DNA of 30,918 nucleotides. Source: Octopus sinensis. Lineage: Eukaryota. The stretch spans positions 1 through 30,918 of the forward strand of contig NW_021836263.1 in NCBI RefSeq assembly GCF_006345805.1. Direction: 5' to 3'. The notes under the pieces are model-generated. The model was given only the letters and a program-made list of their open reading frames with translations. It was not told the DNA's origin and did no database searches. Made by a program: the position numbers and the translations under genes. How positions within the stretch are numbered: position 1 is the first letter of the stretch; each line of letters opens with the position of its first letter. Shown here in pieces: positions 1 through 9,714 of this stretch.

Positions 1-171
1 ATGTATGTATGTATGTGTTGTATGTATGTATTATGTATGTATGTATGTATGCATGCATGCATGTGTATATACGTATGTATGTGTGTGTGTATGCATGCAT
101 GTATGCATGCATGTATGCATGTATGTATGTATGTATGTATGTATGTATGTATGTATGTATGTATGTATGTA
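1..171. repeat. (ATGT)n/(ATGC)n microsatellite
   Basis: Tetranucleotide tandem repeat seen directly. Confidence 0.97.
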
Positions 172-358
172 TTACAAAGCCTCCTTAGGTGGAATTTTCA
201 CTTCGGCATTCTACTGGAGGTTAGTATTGATTTTTATTGCTGTAAATCCTTATGTAAATCCTTACAGTCCTTTATCGTTGTCTTAAATTATTTTTGCAGC
301 CATTGTGGCCAATAAAGGAAGAATTATTATTGTTGCTCTTGTTGTTATTGTTATATGA

Positions 359-535
359 GTGGCAAGTTGGCAGAATCATCAGAACGTAGGAAATAATACT
401 TTGCAATGTTTCTTCAGGTTCTTTATGTCTAAATCAAATACAGCTGCGGTCAAATTTGTGGCAGTCAACTTCCCCACTCCTTACCAAACTGCTGGCCTTG
501 TGCCACAATTTCAAAAACTTATGATTATCATTATT
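359..535 (+). mobile_element. Highly decayed SINE, family A, old-tail subfamily
   Basis: Head ggcaagttggcagaatc resembles family A head ggcgagctggcagaa; tail ggccttgtgccacaatttcaaa followed by ATT-rich repeats. Confidence 0.55.
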
Positions 536-544
536 GTTGTACAG

Positions 545-735
545 GAGGCGAGCTTAGAAAAAAATGCTTGGCAATTTTTCTGACGGCTCTTTATGTTCTG
601 AGTTCAAATTACGCCGAAGTTGACTTTGCCTTTGATCTTTTCAGAATCGACAAAATAAGTAACAGTTGAGTACTGGAGACGATGTAATCCCAAATTTCAG
701 GTTTTGTGCCTATAGTAGAAAGGTTATCATTATTA
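545..735 (+). mobile_element. Decayed SINE, family A, old-tail subfamily
   Basis: gttctgagttcaaattacgccgaagttgactttgcctttgatcttt matches the family A body at 13400-13460; tail ggttttgtgcctatagtagaaagg. Confidence 0.75.
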
Positions 736-1218
736 TGTGAACAGCTTGCACTGTGATTCACATTCTTCATCAACTGACGATTAGAAACTAAAAATAACAG
801 CACCTCTCGTGGTACGGATCAGCATTAATTCTACAAGCGAATGTAGTATTTTTGGTGGGGTGATGCTTTTTCTTTTCGTGATATATATAGCTACTATTTT
901 ATTAAGATGTAACCACATAGCAACTAGATGTAGATTTATCCATTGCTCCTAGTCATATTTTTTTTCTTTCATATTCATATTTATACTGGAGTATATGAAG
1001 TATTTTCTGTTCCTATCTTCAGTTCTCATATCATTGTACCACTCTGTAACCCAAGACCCTAGACAACAAAGTAGGACGTAGTGGCTCGAACTGTACACAC
1101 ATGACGTCCCACCTTTACTGAAAGAATCACACGCAGCCAACCTTATACTTCACATTTTCCCCTAGCTCTCTGCACACACGCACACATACACACATTTATA
1201 TATATATATATATATATG

Positions 1219-1510
1219 AAACTACGACGTTTCTTTTTACGATGACGAGGGTTCCAGTTGTTCCAAGCAACGAAACAGCCTGCTCGTGAAATTAACATGT
1301 AAGTGGCTGAAAACCCCATAGACACGCGTAACCTTAACGTACCCTTAACCAAGGGGATTCATCGTGACACAGAGTGTGACAAGGCTGGCTCTTTTAAATA
1401 CAGGTACCACACATTTTTGCCGGCTGAGTGAACTTGAGGAAAAGTAATTAAAGTGTCTTGCTCAAGGGTACAACGCGCAGCCTGCAATTGAATACTCTAA
1501 CCACCAAGCC
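1219..1510 (-). mobile_element. SINE, family D (head partly deleted)
   Basis: Aligns by eye with 24380-24942: gacgagggttccagttg, cagcctgctcgtgaaattaac, catcgtgacacaga, aaagtgtcttgct. Confidence 0.85.
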
Positions 1511-1519
1511 CTCATCTAC

Positions 1520-1557
1520 CCATCCATCCATCCATCCATCCATCCATCCATACATAA

Positions 1558-1610
<53 letters not shown>

Positions 1611-1613
1611 TAT
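1520..1613. repeat. (CATC)n-(CATA)n-(TA)n compound microsatellite
   Basis: Tandem repeats seen directly. Confidence 0.95.
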
Positions 1614-1790
1614 TATTGTATTCTGGGGAGAATTTACTTATTTATTTATTTATTATAAATAAGTAAATGAGTGGAATCAGACCGGTGAATAAAATAATAA
1701 GTCACTAAAATGAATGACTTTCCCCAGACAATAAAATATGCTTCAACACACGAATTCACATAAAGAATCGTGCAAACCAAATACAAAAAC
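1614..1790. repeat. Interspersed repeat fragment with nested inverted repeats, between (TA)n tracts
   Basis: tctgggga (1622-1629) pairs with tccccaga (1721-1728); atttacttatttat pairs with ataaataagtaaat; ataagtaaatgagtggaa recurs at the window end (30893-30910). Confidence 0.55.
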
Positions 1791-1913
1791 GATACATACA
1801 TATATATATATATTAATATATATATATATATATTATATATATATATAACATATATATACACACACAGCTTATACATATATACATACACTTACACACACAC
1901 ATACATAGATACA

Positions 1914-1944
<31 letters not shown>

Positions 1945-2223
1945 TAGATACAAACGGGGTAAAAACGCTGACCAGGCGCTCTTATTCATTCACTCTTTTC
2001 CACAATTTGTAGCAACAATGGATGGGGATCTTTAAGAGAATTGTAAAGGAAACAGAAGTCGAAACCAGCCACGGACGTAACGTGGTCTTTGATTTAGAGT
2101 ATGGTCCTGGGTAATACATGTGCCCACTCACACATATAAATCCTCATAAATGCGTACACACATGCACACACACAAACACACACACACACACACACACAGA
2201 TATAAGTGCAGGCATAGCATATG

Positions 2224-2580
2224 GGCGCAGGTGAGATATGGGGCAGGAGTAGTTGTGTAGTAAGTTTGCTTCTCAACTGCAAGGTTTCGTGTTCAATTCC
2301 ACTTCGTGCACCATGGGCGAGTGACTTCTAGTAAAACCTTGCGTGTGGATCTTGTAGAACGAAACCGAAAGAAGTCTGTCGCACATACGTGTGCGTGTGT
2401 GTGTCCCAGTACCACTTGATAACCACTGTTGGTGTGTTTATGTCCTCGTCACATAGCGCTCCGGCAAAAAAAGACCGATAGAATAAGTATCACTCGTTTA
2501 ATAAAAATCTTTAAGGTGGTGCCCCAAAATGGCCCGTGTCTAATGGCTGGAAAATGTAAAAGTAAAAGAATAAACGAATA
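2224..2580 (+). mobile_element. Diverged tRNA-derived SINE, family B
   Basis: Matches 7151-7556: ggcgcagg head, gaaagaag, internal (TG) tract, ggcaaaa..agaccgatagaataagt, (GTAAAA)n-like tail. Confidence 0.85.
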
Positions 2581-2973
2581 TATATATATATACATATATA
2601 TATATATTGAGTCGAAACAGGGGCAGCTGATGAAGGGGAATATTCCTTGTATTGTTTGTCTTGTACTCTGTTTTTTCGTTGTTAAAAGAGTCCGTTTCCT
2701 TGTTTGATTTTATGTTTTCGTTTCTCGTTGTGTTCTACGTTTATTTGTGGTGTCCTGTACTCATACATGCATGTATATATACATATAGATGTAGGTATGT
2801 ACATATATGTATGTATGTATGTATGCATATGTTTTATTTATTTCATTGTTATTATATATATATATATATATAATATATATATATGTTATATAACAAGTAC
2901 TTCCATGCTTTCTATGCTTTTCAAAAGAAAATTATCATCTATAATATATGTGTGTGTGTGTGTATACATACAC

Positions 2974-3205
2974 GGTTGTGGCTGCGTGGTAAAAAGCTTG
3001 CTTCCCAACAACATGGTCCCGGGTTCAATCACACTGTGTGGTAGACCATTAGTGAAAGTATATATAGATGTGTGTTTGTGTGTGTATGTGAGTTTGTGAT
3101 TCTATGTGTCTGTGTCACTGTAACTTAGTGTTTCGGCGAGAAAGACCGATAGAATAAGTACTAGGCTTACAAAGGATAAGTCCATGACTGAAACAAATAA
3201 AAAAA
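2974..3205 (+). mobile_element. Internally deleted SINE, family B
   Basis: gtggctgcgtggtaa..ccgggttcaatc head and agaccgatagaataagtactaggcttacaaag body shared with 7151 and 19486 copies. Confidence 0.85.
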
Positions 3206-4161
3206 TTATGTGTATGATTGTATGTATGCGCGTGTTTGTGTGTGCGCGCGCGCCGTATATCCGTGTCTATTGAACTGCGAGATTGTCTTTAAATAGTTTA
3301 CCACTTGTTTATGTCGAACCTGGTGACATTTTAATAAAACAGAAAGATGATGCGAAAGTCTCGTACGTGTTGAATCTTAGGTTCGAAGTTCGAGACCCGA
3401 TGGAGACTTGTTGACACGTGGGAGTTGTGACCTTTCACCTCGAGCACTCAATTTGCGCCTTGCCTCCCTATGATGGCAAAACATTATCGCCGATGTTTTG
3501 TTTACATACCGACGAAAAAGTAACCTTTATCTGAGTGTTGTTGTTGTTGTTGTTATTGTTTTAGTGATGGTAGCGATGGTGATGGTGATGGTGATGGTGG
3601 CGATAATATTACTGAAGTAAGGAAAGAAGAAAGCGCGATGTGTTTAAGCGAGAAGTAATTGATGGAAAGGAAATGGCTGCCGGGTGACGGTGAAGTGTTT
3701 GATTGTTTGGTGTCGTTGATGGGATTTGGGACGGAGAGAGGGAAGTGAGGAAGGCACAGAGAGAGAGGGGGGAAACAAGAAGATAGGGAAGAAGAAGAAC
3801 TAATGAGAAAGGTTAAGGGAGAGGGGAAGAACAGAAGAATACAGGCAAGTGAGAAAGAAAGACAGAGAGGGAGAGAGAGAGAGAAAGACAGAAGTCGCGC
3901 GTGTGTGAGTGTGTGTTATTTAAGTCTTTTAAAGAAGAGGAAAGTCTGACTGACGGATGTCTTTTCATGACATGTCCCTGGACGAACTTTGAAGCAACGG
4001 CGGACGATGGCCGAGGCGTTGCGTGAGTGAGAGGAAGAGAGAGGGGAGACGACTAGAGAGGACTCGAGAATTAAATAAATAAATAAATAAATAAATGAAC
4101 ACTGAGGTTACAACAAGACAGGATCCGTACCTCTCAGCAACATTTTTAGAAAATACCTCTG

Positions 4162-4204
<43 letters not shown>

Positions 4205-4517
4205 CTGCGTATGTATAAGTGTAAATGACTGTGCGTATGTATAAGTCTTTCCCCTTTTAGTGGTTGTTATCGTTCTGCTTTAGTTGTTGTTGTTGTTGGT
4301 TATGGTAGTGTCGTTGGAAATAGGAAATAAATAATGATAAATGCCACAACCTCAGACATATTAGTCCGATGTCTGGCGTCGACAATTAGTAACGCCATTG
4401 TCATCAAAGTATGAAAAAAACGAACCGAGGATGGAATCCTATGTAGTCGCTTCATCTGCTACCAATAGCAGCAAAATCCTCCTCAAATCACAGCCCTACA
4501 AAATGGCCCTTGATATT

Positions 4518-4746
4518 GAGGCGAGCTTGGCAGAAACGTTAGCATGTCGGGCGAAATGCTTAGAGGTATTTCATCTGCCGCTACGTTCTGAGTTCAAATT
4601 CCGCCGAGGTCAACTTTGCCTTTCATCCTTTCAGGGTCGATTAAATAAGTACCAGTTACGCACTGGGTCGATAAATTCGGCTTAATCCGTTTGTGTGTCC
4701 TTGTTTGTCCTCTCTGTGTTTAGCCCCTTGTGGGTAGTAAAGAATA
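4518..4746 (+). mobile_element. SINE, family A, young-tail subfamily
   Basis: Close match to 13345-13575; B-box-like gagttcaaattcc; possible 6-bp TSD gatatt at 4512-4517 and 4747-4752. Confidence 0.92.
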
Positions 4747-4790
4747 GATATTACATAGAGAAAGACGGAATTTTAACACTGGAACTATAT

Positions 4791-5027
4791 AAAAGGAAAT
4801 GAAGAAAATGCTGACAAATAATTGAAGTAATTTAAGTAATTTAATTAGGTGAAAGTTCTTTTTACCGGTTGCGCATTTGTTATGCTTATCAAAATATAAA
4901 AGAGAGATTAGAGTTCCTTTCTTATAGAATTTTTCCTCTTATCAGATAACCGGTAAAAAGAACTTTCACCTAATTAAATTACTTAAATTACTTCAATTAT
5001 TTGTCAGCATTTTCTTCATTTCCTTTT
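4791..5027. repeat. 80-bp perfect inverted repeat with 77-bp spacer; probable Penelope-like inverted pseudo-LTR remnant
   Basis: 4791-4870 is the reverse complement of 4948-5027; flanked by TA runs; overlaps a degenerate hammerhead motif. The repeat is seen; the Penelope assignment is inference. Confidence 0.85.
4859..4895 (-). ncRNA. Degenerate minimal hammerhead ribozyme motif (probably inactive)
   Basis: Minus strand reads UUU-UUGAUAA-GCAU(AACAA)AUGC-GCAA-CCG-GUA-AAAA: stem II and palindromic ACCGGU intact, three substitutions in the core. Confidence 0.5.
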
Positions 5028-5056
5028 TTATATATCACCACTCGTGTTGATATATA

Positions 5057-5391
5057 ACCACATGGCTCAGTGGTTAGAGCGTCGAGCTTACGATCGTGAG
5101 GTTGTGAGCTCGAATCCCGGTCCGGGCTGCGTGTTGTGTTCTTGAGCAAAGCACTTTATTTTCACGTTGCTCCAGTTCACTCAGCTGTAGAAATGAGTTG
5201 CGACGTCACAGGTGCCAAGCTGTATCGACCTTTGTCTTTCCCTTGGATAACACTGGTGGCGTGGAGAGGGGAGGCTGGTATGCATGGCGACTGCTGGTCT
5301 TCCATAAACAACCTTGCCCGGACTTGTGTCTAGAAGGGTAACTTTCTAGGTGCAATCCCATGGTCATTCATGACCGAAGGGGTCTTTACTC
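5057..5391 (+). mobile_element. tRNA-derived SINE, family C
   Basis: A box tggctcagtgg, B-box-like gctcgaatccc; matches 8305-8620 along its length. Confidence 0.92.
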
Positions 5392-5400
5392 TATATATAT

Positions 5401-5443
<43 letters not shown>

Positions 5444-5552
5444 ATTACCGGAGTAAACACATAAATGTGAAACAAGGTGGAAAAAAGAGTACTCAAATAC
5501 CAGTGGTAGAGTAATATGCTTTATTTTAAGCAGCAGAAAATTCAACAAAATC

Positions 5553-5588
5553 TGTTACTCTGAGTTTCTCGTTGCCGTTCATCAGACA
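5553..5588 (-). ncRNA. Minimal type-I hammerhead ribozyme
   Basis: Minus strand: UGU-CUGAUGA-ACG(GCAA)CGA-GAAAC-UCAGA-GUA-ACA. Full catalytic core, GNRA-capped stem II, near-palindromic stem III (ACUC-A-GAGU), 3-bp stem I UGU/ACA. Confidence 0.75.
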
Positions 5589-5612
5589 CTTTTTGCTAGA
5601 TTCTAGCAAAAA

Positions 5613-5648
5613 CTGTCTGGAACGGCAACGAGAAACTCAGAGTAACAG
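5613..5648 (+). ncRNA. Inverted copy of the 5553-5588 hammerhead with a 2-nt core deletion
   Basis: CUGU-CUG--GA-ACGGCAACGA-GAAAC-UCAGA-GUA-ACAG; the AU of CUGAUGA is missing. Confidence 0.6.
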
Positions 5649-5681
5649 ATTTTGTTGAATTTTCTGCTGCTTAAAATAAAG

Positions 5682-5734
<53 letters not shown>

Positions 5735-5905
5735 GGCTTATTGCAGTAGAATAACCAAGGAAATATAAATGGATTTAAAGACTCTCATCAAAAACAGTAA
5801 TTTTTAATTTTTATTTTACATTTCAAACAAACACCATTTAACAATTTTACTTCAAAATTTTAAAAAAACCTATCAATCGATATATCATACAATATCATAT
5901 TTTAT

Positions 5906-5994
5906 ATCACTGAAGAGCAGAAGAGTTGTCTATAAATGCTTATCAATATAGGATTTCATGATAGGACAACTCTTCTGCGAAACAATTGTAAGAT
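5906..5994 (+). ncRNA. Type-I hammerhead ribozyme with long stem II
   Basis: CUGAAGA 5910-5916; perfect 14-bp stem gcagaagagttgtc (5917-5930)/gacaactcttctgc (5965-5978); GAAAC 5979-5983; palindromic ACAAUUGU; GUA 5988-5990; stem I AUC/GAU with an A.A mismatch next to the core. Confidence 0.8.
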
Positions 5995-6163
5995 GCTTAA
6001 ATATTTATTCAAAACTTTTAAACTATCAATTTTTATACATTATATTATATTTTTATATTTATTTTATATATATTTTAATAACAATAAGTTCTCTCACAAG
6101 GGTATATCTTTATGAAGAGTTGGATATTGATTTCCTTATATTAATAATAATAATATATTATTA

Positions 6164-6222
<59 letters not shown>

Positions 6223-6257
6223 ATATATATATAATATATATGTATGTATATATATGT

Positions 6258-6296
<39 letters not shown>

Positions 6297-6650
6297 CGAG
6301 CTGAGTAGATAAACGAAAGAAGGGCACTCAACACATTTATTGGGAGTTACATGTATAGATCAAAACAGCTTGATTCAAACTCCTTGTTACTCTGAGTTTC
6401 AAGCGTGTGGCTAGTCTTTCAGTATTTGTGTTTGAATCAGAGTTCAGTTGTTTATTACTGGACGTTAGCGTGCAAATGGTCGAGAAAGGTCATGTGGTAT
6501 AGCGGTTTAATGTCGGCATTGCAGCGAGGACAATTAGTTGGAAAATACCGCACGGTGAATAGGAAATCGACCAGGAACAGGAATTCGATCGTGTGGTAGA
6601 CAAGAAATGGGTCGTGTGGTTAGGGGAAATAGGAAAGGGCGGTAGATGTG
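6297..6650 (-). mobile_element. Probable Penelope-like terminal remnant with decayed hammerhead at 6385-6425
   Basis: Shares tgttactctgagtttc exactly with 5553-5568; minus strand CUGAAAGA..AGC(CACAC)GCU..GAAACUCAGAGUAACA; AATAAA on minus at 6336-6341; abuts (TA)n. Right boundary uncertain. Confidence 0.55.
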
Positions 6651-7150
6651 GGGGTATATAGGTGTATAAATGTACATGTATATGACCATAAATCTGCGTG
6701 TATACATCCGTACGAGTGTGTATGTGTGCCTAGATGTACATTCGCACATCCGCGTGGGCTCACACACATGCACACACACACACACTCACACACACACACA
6801 CATACACAGACACACACACACACGCATGTATAATGGTGATAGCGCGCCCTTCTCATTACAAGGAACAAATCTTTGCATAGACTTCTTCCTCCATTTTCCT
6901 CCATTTTTCTCGTTAAGTCCATCGGTGATGATCCCGCTTCTATGGGAGGTAATGTGCCGGAAAGGGAGAAATTTAATCCCTGTTTCGACGCTTTCATCAC
7001 CTTTAATTGGCCATCATAAGCAGGCAATAATACCAGAAGATGCTCGTGGAAGCACAGAATAGAGAGGCACCAAGTTAGCACTCAGACGCATCGGCTTCTT
7101 AAACTCTATCTTCTTCCTAAGAGTAAAAGTACTCTAGAAATACACGTATA

Positions 7151-7556
7151 GGCGCAGGAGTGGCTGTGTGGTAAGTAGCTTGCTAACCAACCACATGGTT
7201 CCGGGTTCAGTCCCACTGCGTGGCATCTTGGGTAAGTGTCTTCTGCTATAGCCCCGGACCGACTAATGCCTTGTGAGTGGATTTGGTAGACGGAAACTGA
7301 AAGAAGCCTGTCGTATATTATATATAGATATATAAGTTTGTGGTTCTGTGTTTTCCCCCTAGCATTGCTTGACAACCGATGCTGGTTGTGTTTAACGTCC
7401 CCGTCACTTAGCGTTCGGCAAAAGAGACCGATAGAATAAGTGACTGGGCTTACAAAGAATAAGTCCTCGGGGTCGATTTGTTCGACTAAAGGCGGTGCTC
7501 CAGCATGGCCGCATTCAAATGACTGAAACAAGTAAAAGAGTAAATGAGTAAGAGTA
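7151..7556 (+). mobile_element. Full-length tRNA-derived SINE, family B
   Basis: A-box-like tggctgtgtgg, B-box-like ggttcagtccc, internal (TA) tract, (GAGTAAA)n-like tail; high similarity to the reverse complement of 19486-19935. Confidence 0.93.
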
Positions 7557-7650
7557 TCGGCTAAAATAAAGAAAACACTCGACATTAAAGAAGAAAGATT
7601 GACAAGCAATTACGGAGTTAAGGAATACATTTATAAGATGCTATATATAT

Positions 7651-7830
7651 AATTTCAAATTTTAGCACTAGGCCTGCAAGTTCTTTGGAAGAGGTAGGTT
7701 GATTGCATCGACCGCGAGAGGATGGAAGACAAAGTCGACCAGGTGAAATTTGAACTCAGCGACTAAACACAGACGAAACGTCACTAAGCGTTTTGCCTGG
7801 CCTGTTAACGATTCTGCCATCTTGCCGCCT
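7651..7830 (-). mobile_element. Decayed SINE, family A, old-tail subfamily
   Basis: caaagtcgacc..aatttgaactcag..aacgattctgcca..gccgcct is the reverse complement of the family A head and body. Confidence 0.8.
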
Positions 7831-8087
7831 TTGAAATGTGACACATATTGACAAGGTGTAAAGGTGCTTTAGATATTCAATGAATGTCATATTATGATGT
7901 ATATTATAGTATGCCTCTTAAAGCAATAATTCGCCAAATCATATTAGCAAACATATTACCAGCGCATATATTACTGAATGTTTGAAACAGCTGTAAAGCT
8001 TATTTACATCATGCAAATATATGCAACATATTATATATACATTGCTTTTGGCCCATAATCGTTTGACCATCTCTCCTCATATTTTAT

Positions 8088-8155
8088 GTGAGTGTGTATG
8101 TATGTATGTATGTATGTATGTATGTATGTATGTATGTATGTTATGTATGTAGTTG

Positions 8156-8187
<32 letters not shown>

Positions 8188-8195
8188 TATACTTT

Positions 8196-8229
<34 letters not shown>

Positions 8230-8232
8230 ACA

Positions 8233-8290
<58 letters not shown>
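8088..8290. repeat. (ATGT)n-(TA)n microsatellite
   Basis: Tandem repeats seen directly. Confidence 0.97.
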
Positions 8291-8291
<1 letters not shown>

Positions 8292-8304
8292 TTGTGTATG
8301 TGAA

Positions 8305-8620
8305 GGCGCATGGCTCAGTGGTGAGAGCGCCGAGCTTCACGATCGTGAGGTTGTGGAGTTCGAATCCAGGACCGGCTGCGGTGTTGTGTTTCTTGAGCAA
8401 GACACTTTTTATTTCACGTTGCTCTCCAGTTCACTAAGCTGTAGAAATGGGTTGCGACGTCGCAGGTTCCAAGCTGCATCGGCCCTTTCTACCTTTCCCT
8501 TGGAGGCCGGTATGCATGGGTGACTGCTGGTCTTCCATAAGCAAGCTTGCCCGGACTTGTGCCTGGGAGGGTAACTTTCTAGGGGCAATCCCATGGTCAG
8601 TCATGACTGAAGGGGATCTC
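8305..8620 (+). mobile_element. tRNA-derived SINE, family C (short internal deletion)
   Basis: A box tggctcagtgg 8311-8321, B box gttcgaatcc 8358-8367; matches 5057-5391. Confidence 0.92.
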
Positions 8621-9035
8621 AGCATATAAATATTGTGTGTGTGTGTGTGTGCGCGTGCGTGTGTGTGTGTGCATGTGTATGCGTGTATGTGTGGGGAGGA
8701 GAAGGGGCTGTATGCATATCTCTATCCTTGTCCAATGAAAAAAAAATATAATATCCCTCGAAATGAAATGTCATAGGAAGATATTTAGCATACCATGCAA
8801 TGAACGCTGGACGGAGCAGAGTGTTCGAGAACAAATTGTTGGGATGCCTGCGAATTGCGACACTATTCTGTCAATTGTTGAAAAATGAAGATTGAAATAT
8901 AACGACATAACACAACACCACAATGATCTATCACTACCGGTAAAACAGGTCCGCGTGCGCATATGTATATGCGTGTGAAGTAGAAGAAGTAGAAAGGTTT
9001 TCGAAATATGCTGATCTAAACGTAAATATATCAAG

Positions 9036-9454
9036 AATACATATTTCTTTACTACCCACAAAGAGCTAAGCACAGAGGGGAGAAACAAGGACAGACAAAC
9101 GGATTTAAGTCGATTACATCGCCCCCAGTGCGTAACTGGTAATTAATTTATCGACCCCGAAAGGATGAAAGGCAAAGTCGACCTCGGCGGAATTTGAACT
9201 CAGAACGTAACGGCAGACAAAATACCTATTTCTTTATTACCCACAAGGGGCTAAACACAGAGGGGACAAACAAGGACAGACAAACGGATTAAGTCGATTA
9301 GATCGACCATGTGCGCATCTGGTCCTTAATTTATCGACCCCGAAAGGATGAAAGGCAAAGTCGACCTCGGCGGAATTTGAACTCAGAACGTAGCGGCAGA
9401 CGAAATACCTCTAAGCATTTTGCCCGGCCTGCTAACGGTTCTGCCAGCTCGCCG
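9036..9454 (-). mobile_element. SINE family A, young subfamily, head-to-tail dimer (185-bp period)
   Basis: One full copy (9454 to ~9227) runs into a second, headless copy (~9226 to 9036); tatttctt recurs at 9042 and 9227. Confidence 0.93.
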
Positions 9455-9714
9455 TGGACGCGGTAGATTGCTGCAGCTCGTCCCCCATCAGAGATGTCCT
9501 GGATCTCCACCTTTGGAAGAGCTTATATAATTAGAAATGTACTTTTTCTTTGGAGCCTTTTGTATAAGTTTGCCAATTAACATGAAGAAAGAAAGAACAA
9601 TAAAACCGTGTATCTTATATCCACTCTGTGCCATAAAATATAATAACTGCTTGAAATTTAGGTTCAAGACCATTAGTTTTAAGCGATCGACATCACTGCT
9701 TCACTGATACTTTA

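Larger units (their letters stand above)
5447..5686 (-). mobile_element. Penelope-like pseudo-LTR remnant forming a ~165-bp near-perfect palindrome within (TA)n
   Basis: Arms 5519-5600 and 5602-5681 with 1-nt spacer; hammerhead motif in each arm; AATAAA on minus strand at 5520-5525; (TA)n on both sides. Confidence 0.75.

Noticed and set aside
2608-2765. CTGATGA at 2627-2633 followed by a small hairpin in a TA-embedded unit
   Set aside because: No GAAA follows the hairpin, so no hammerhead can be drawn; may be a repeat remnant but unsupported here.
4430-4500. Loose similarity to 21190-21260 (gtcgct..gcta..aat.gca..aaatcaca)
   Set aside because: Probably an old repeat family, but too diverged to delimit or classify by eye.
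5057-5130. tRNA-like sequence (also at 7151, 8305 and 24937)
   Set aside because: A and B boxes are present but run into SINE bodies without a convincing acceptor stem; SINE heads, not tRNA genes.
7106-7609. 167-aa minus-strand ORF
   Set aside because: Lies almost entirely in the antisense of a family B SINE.
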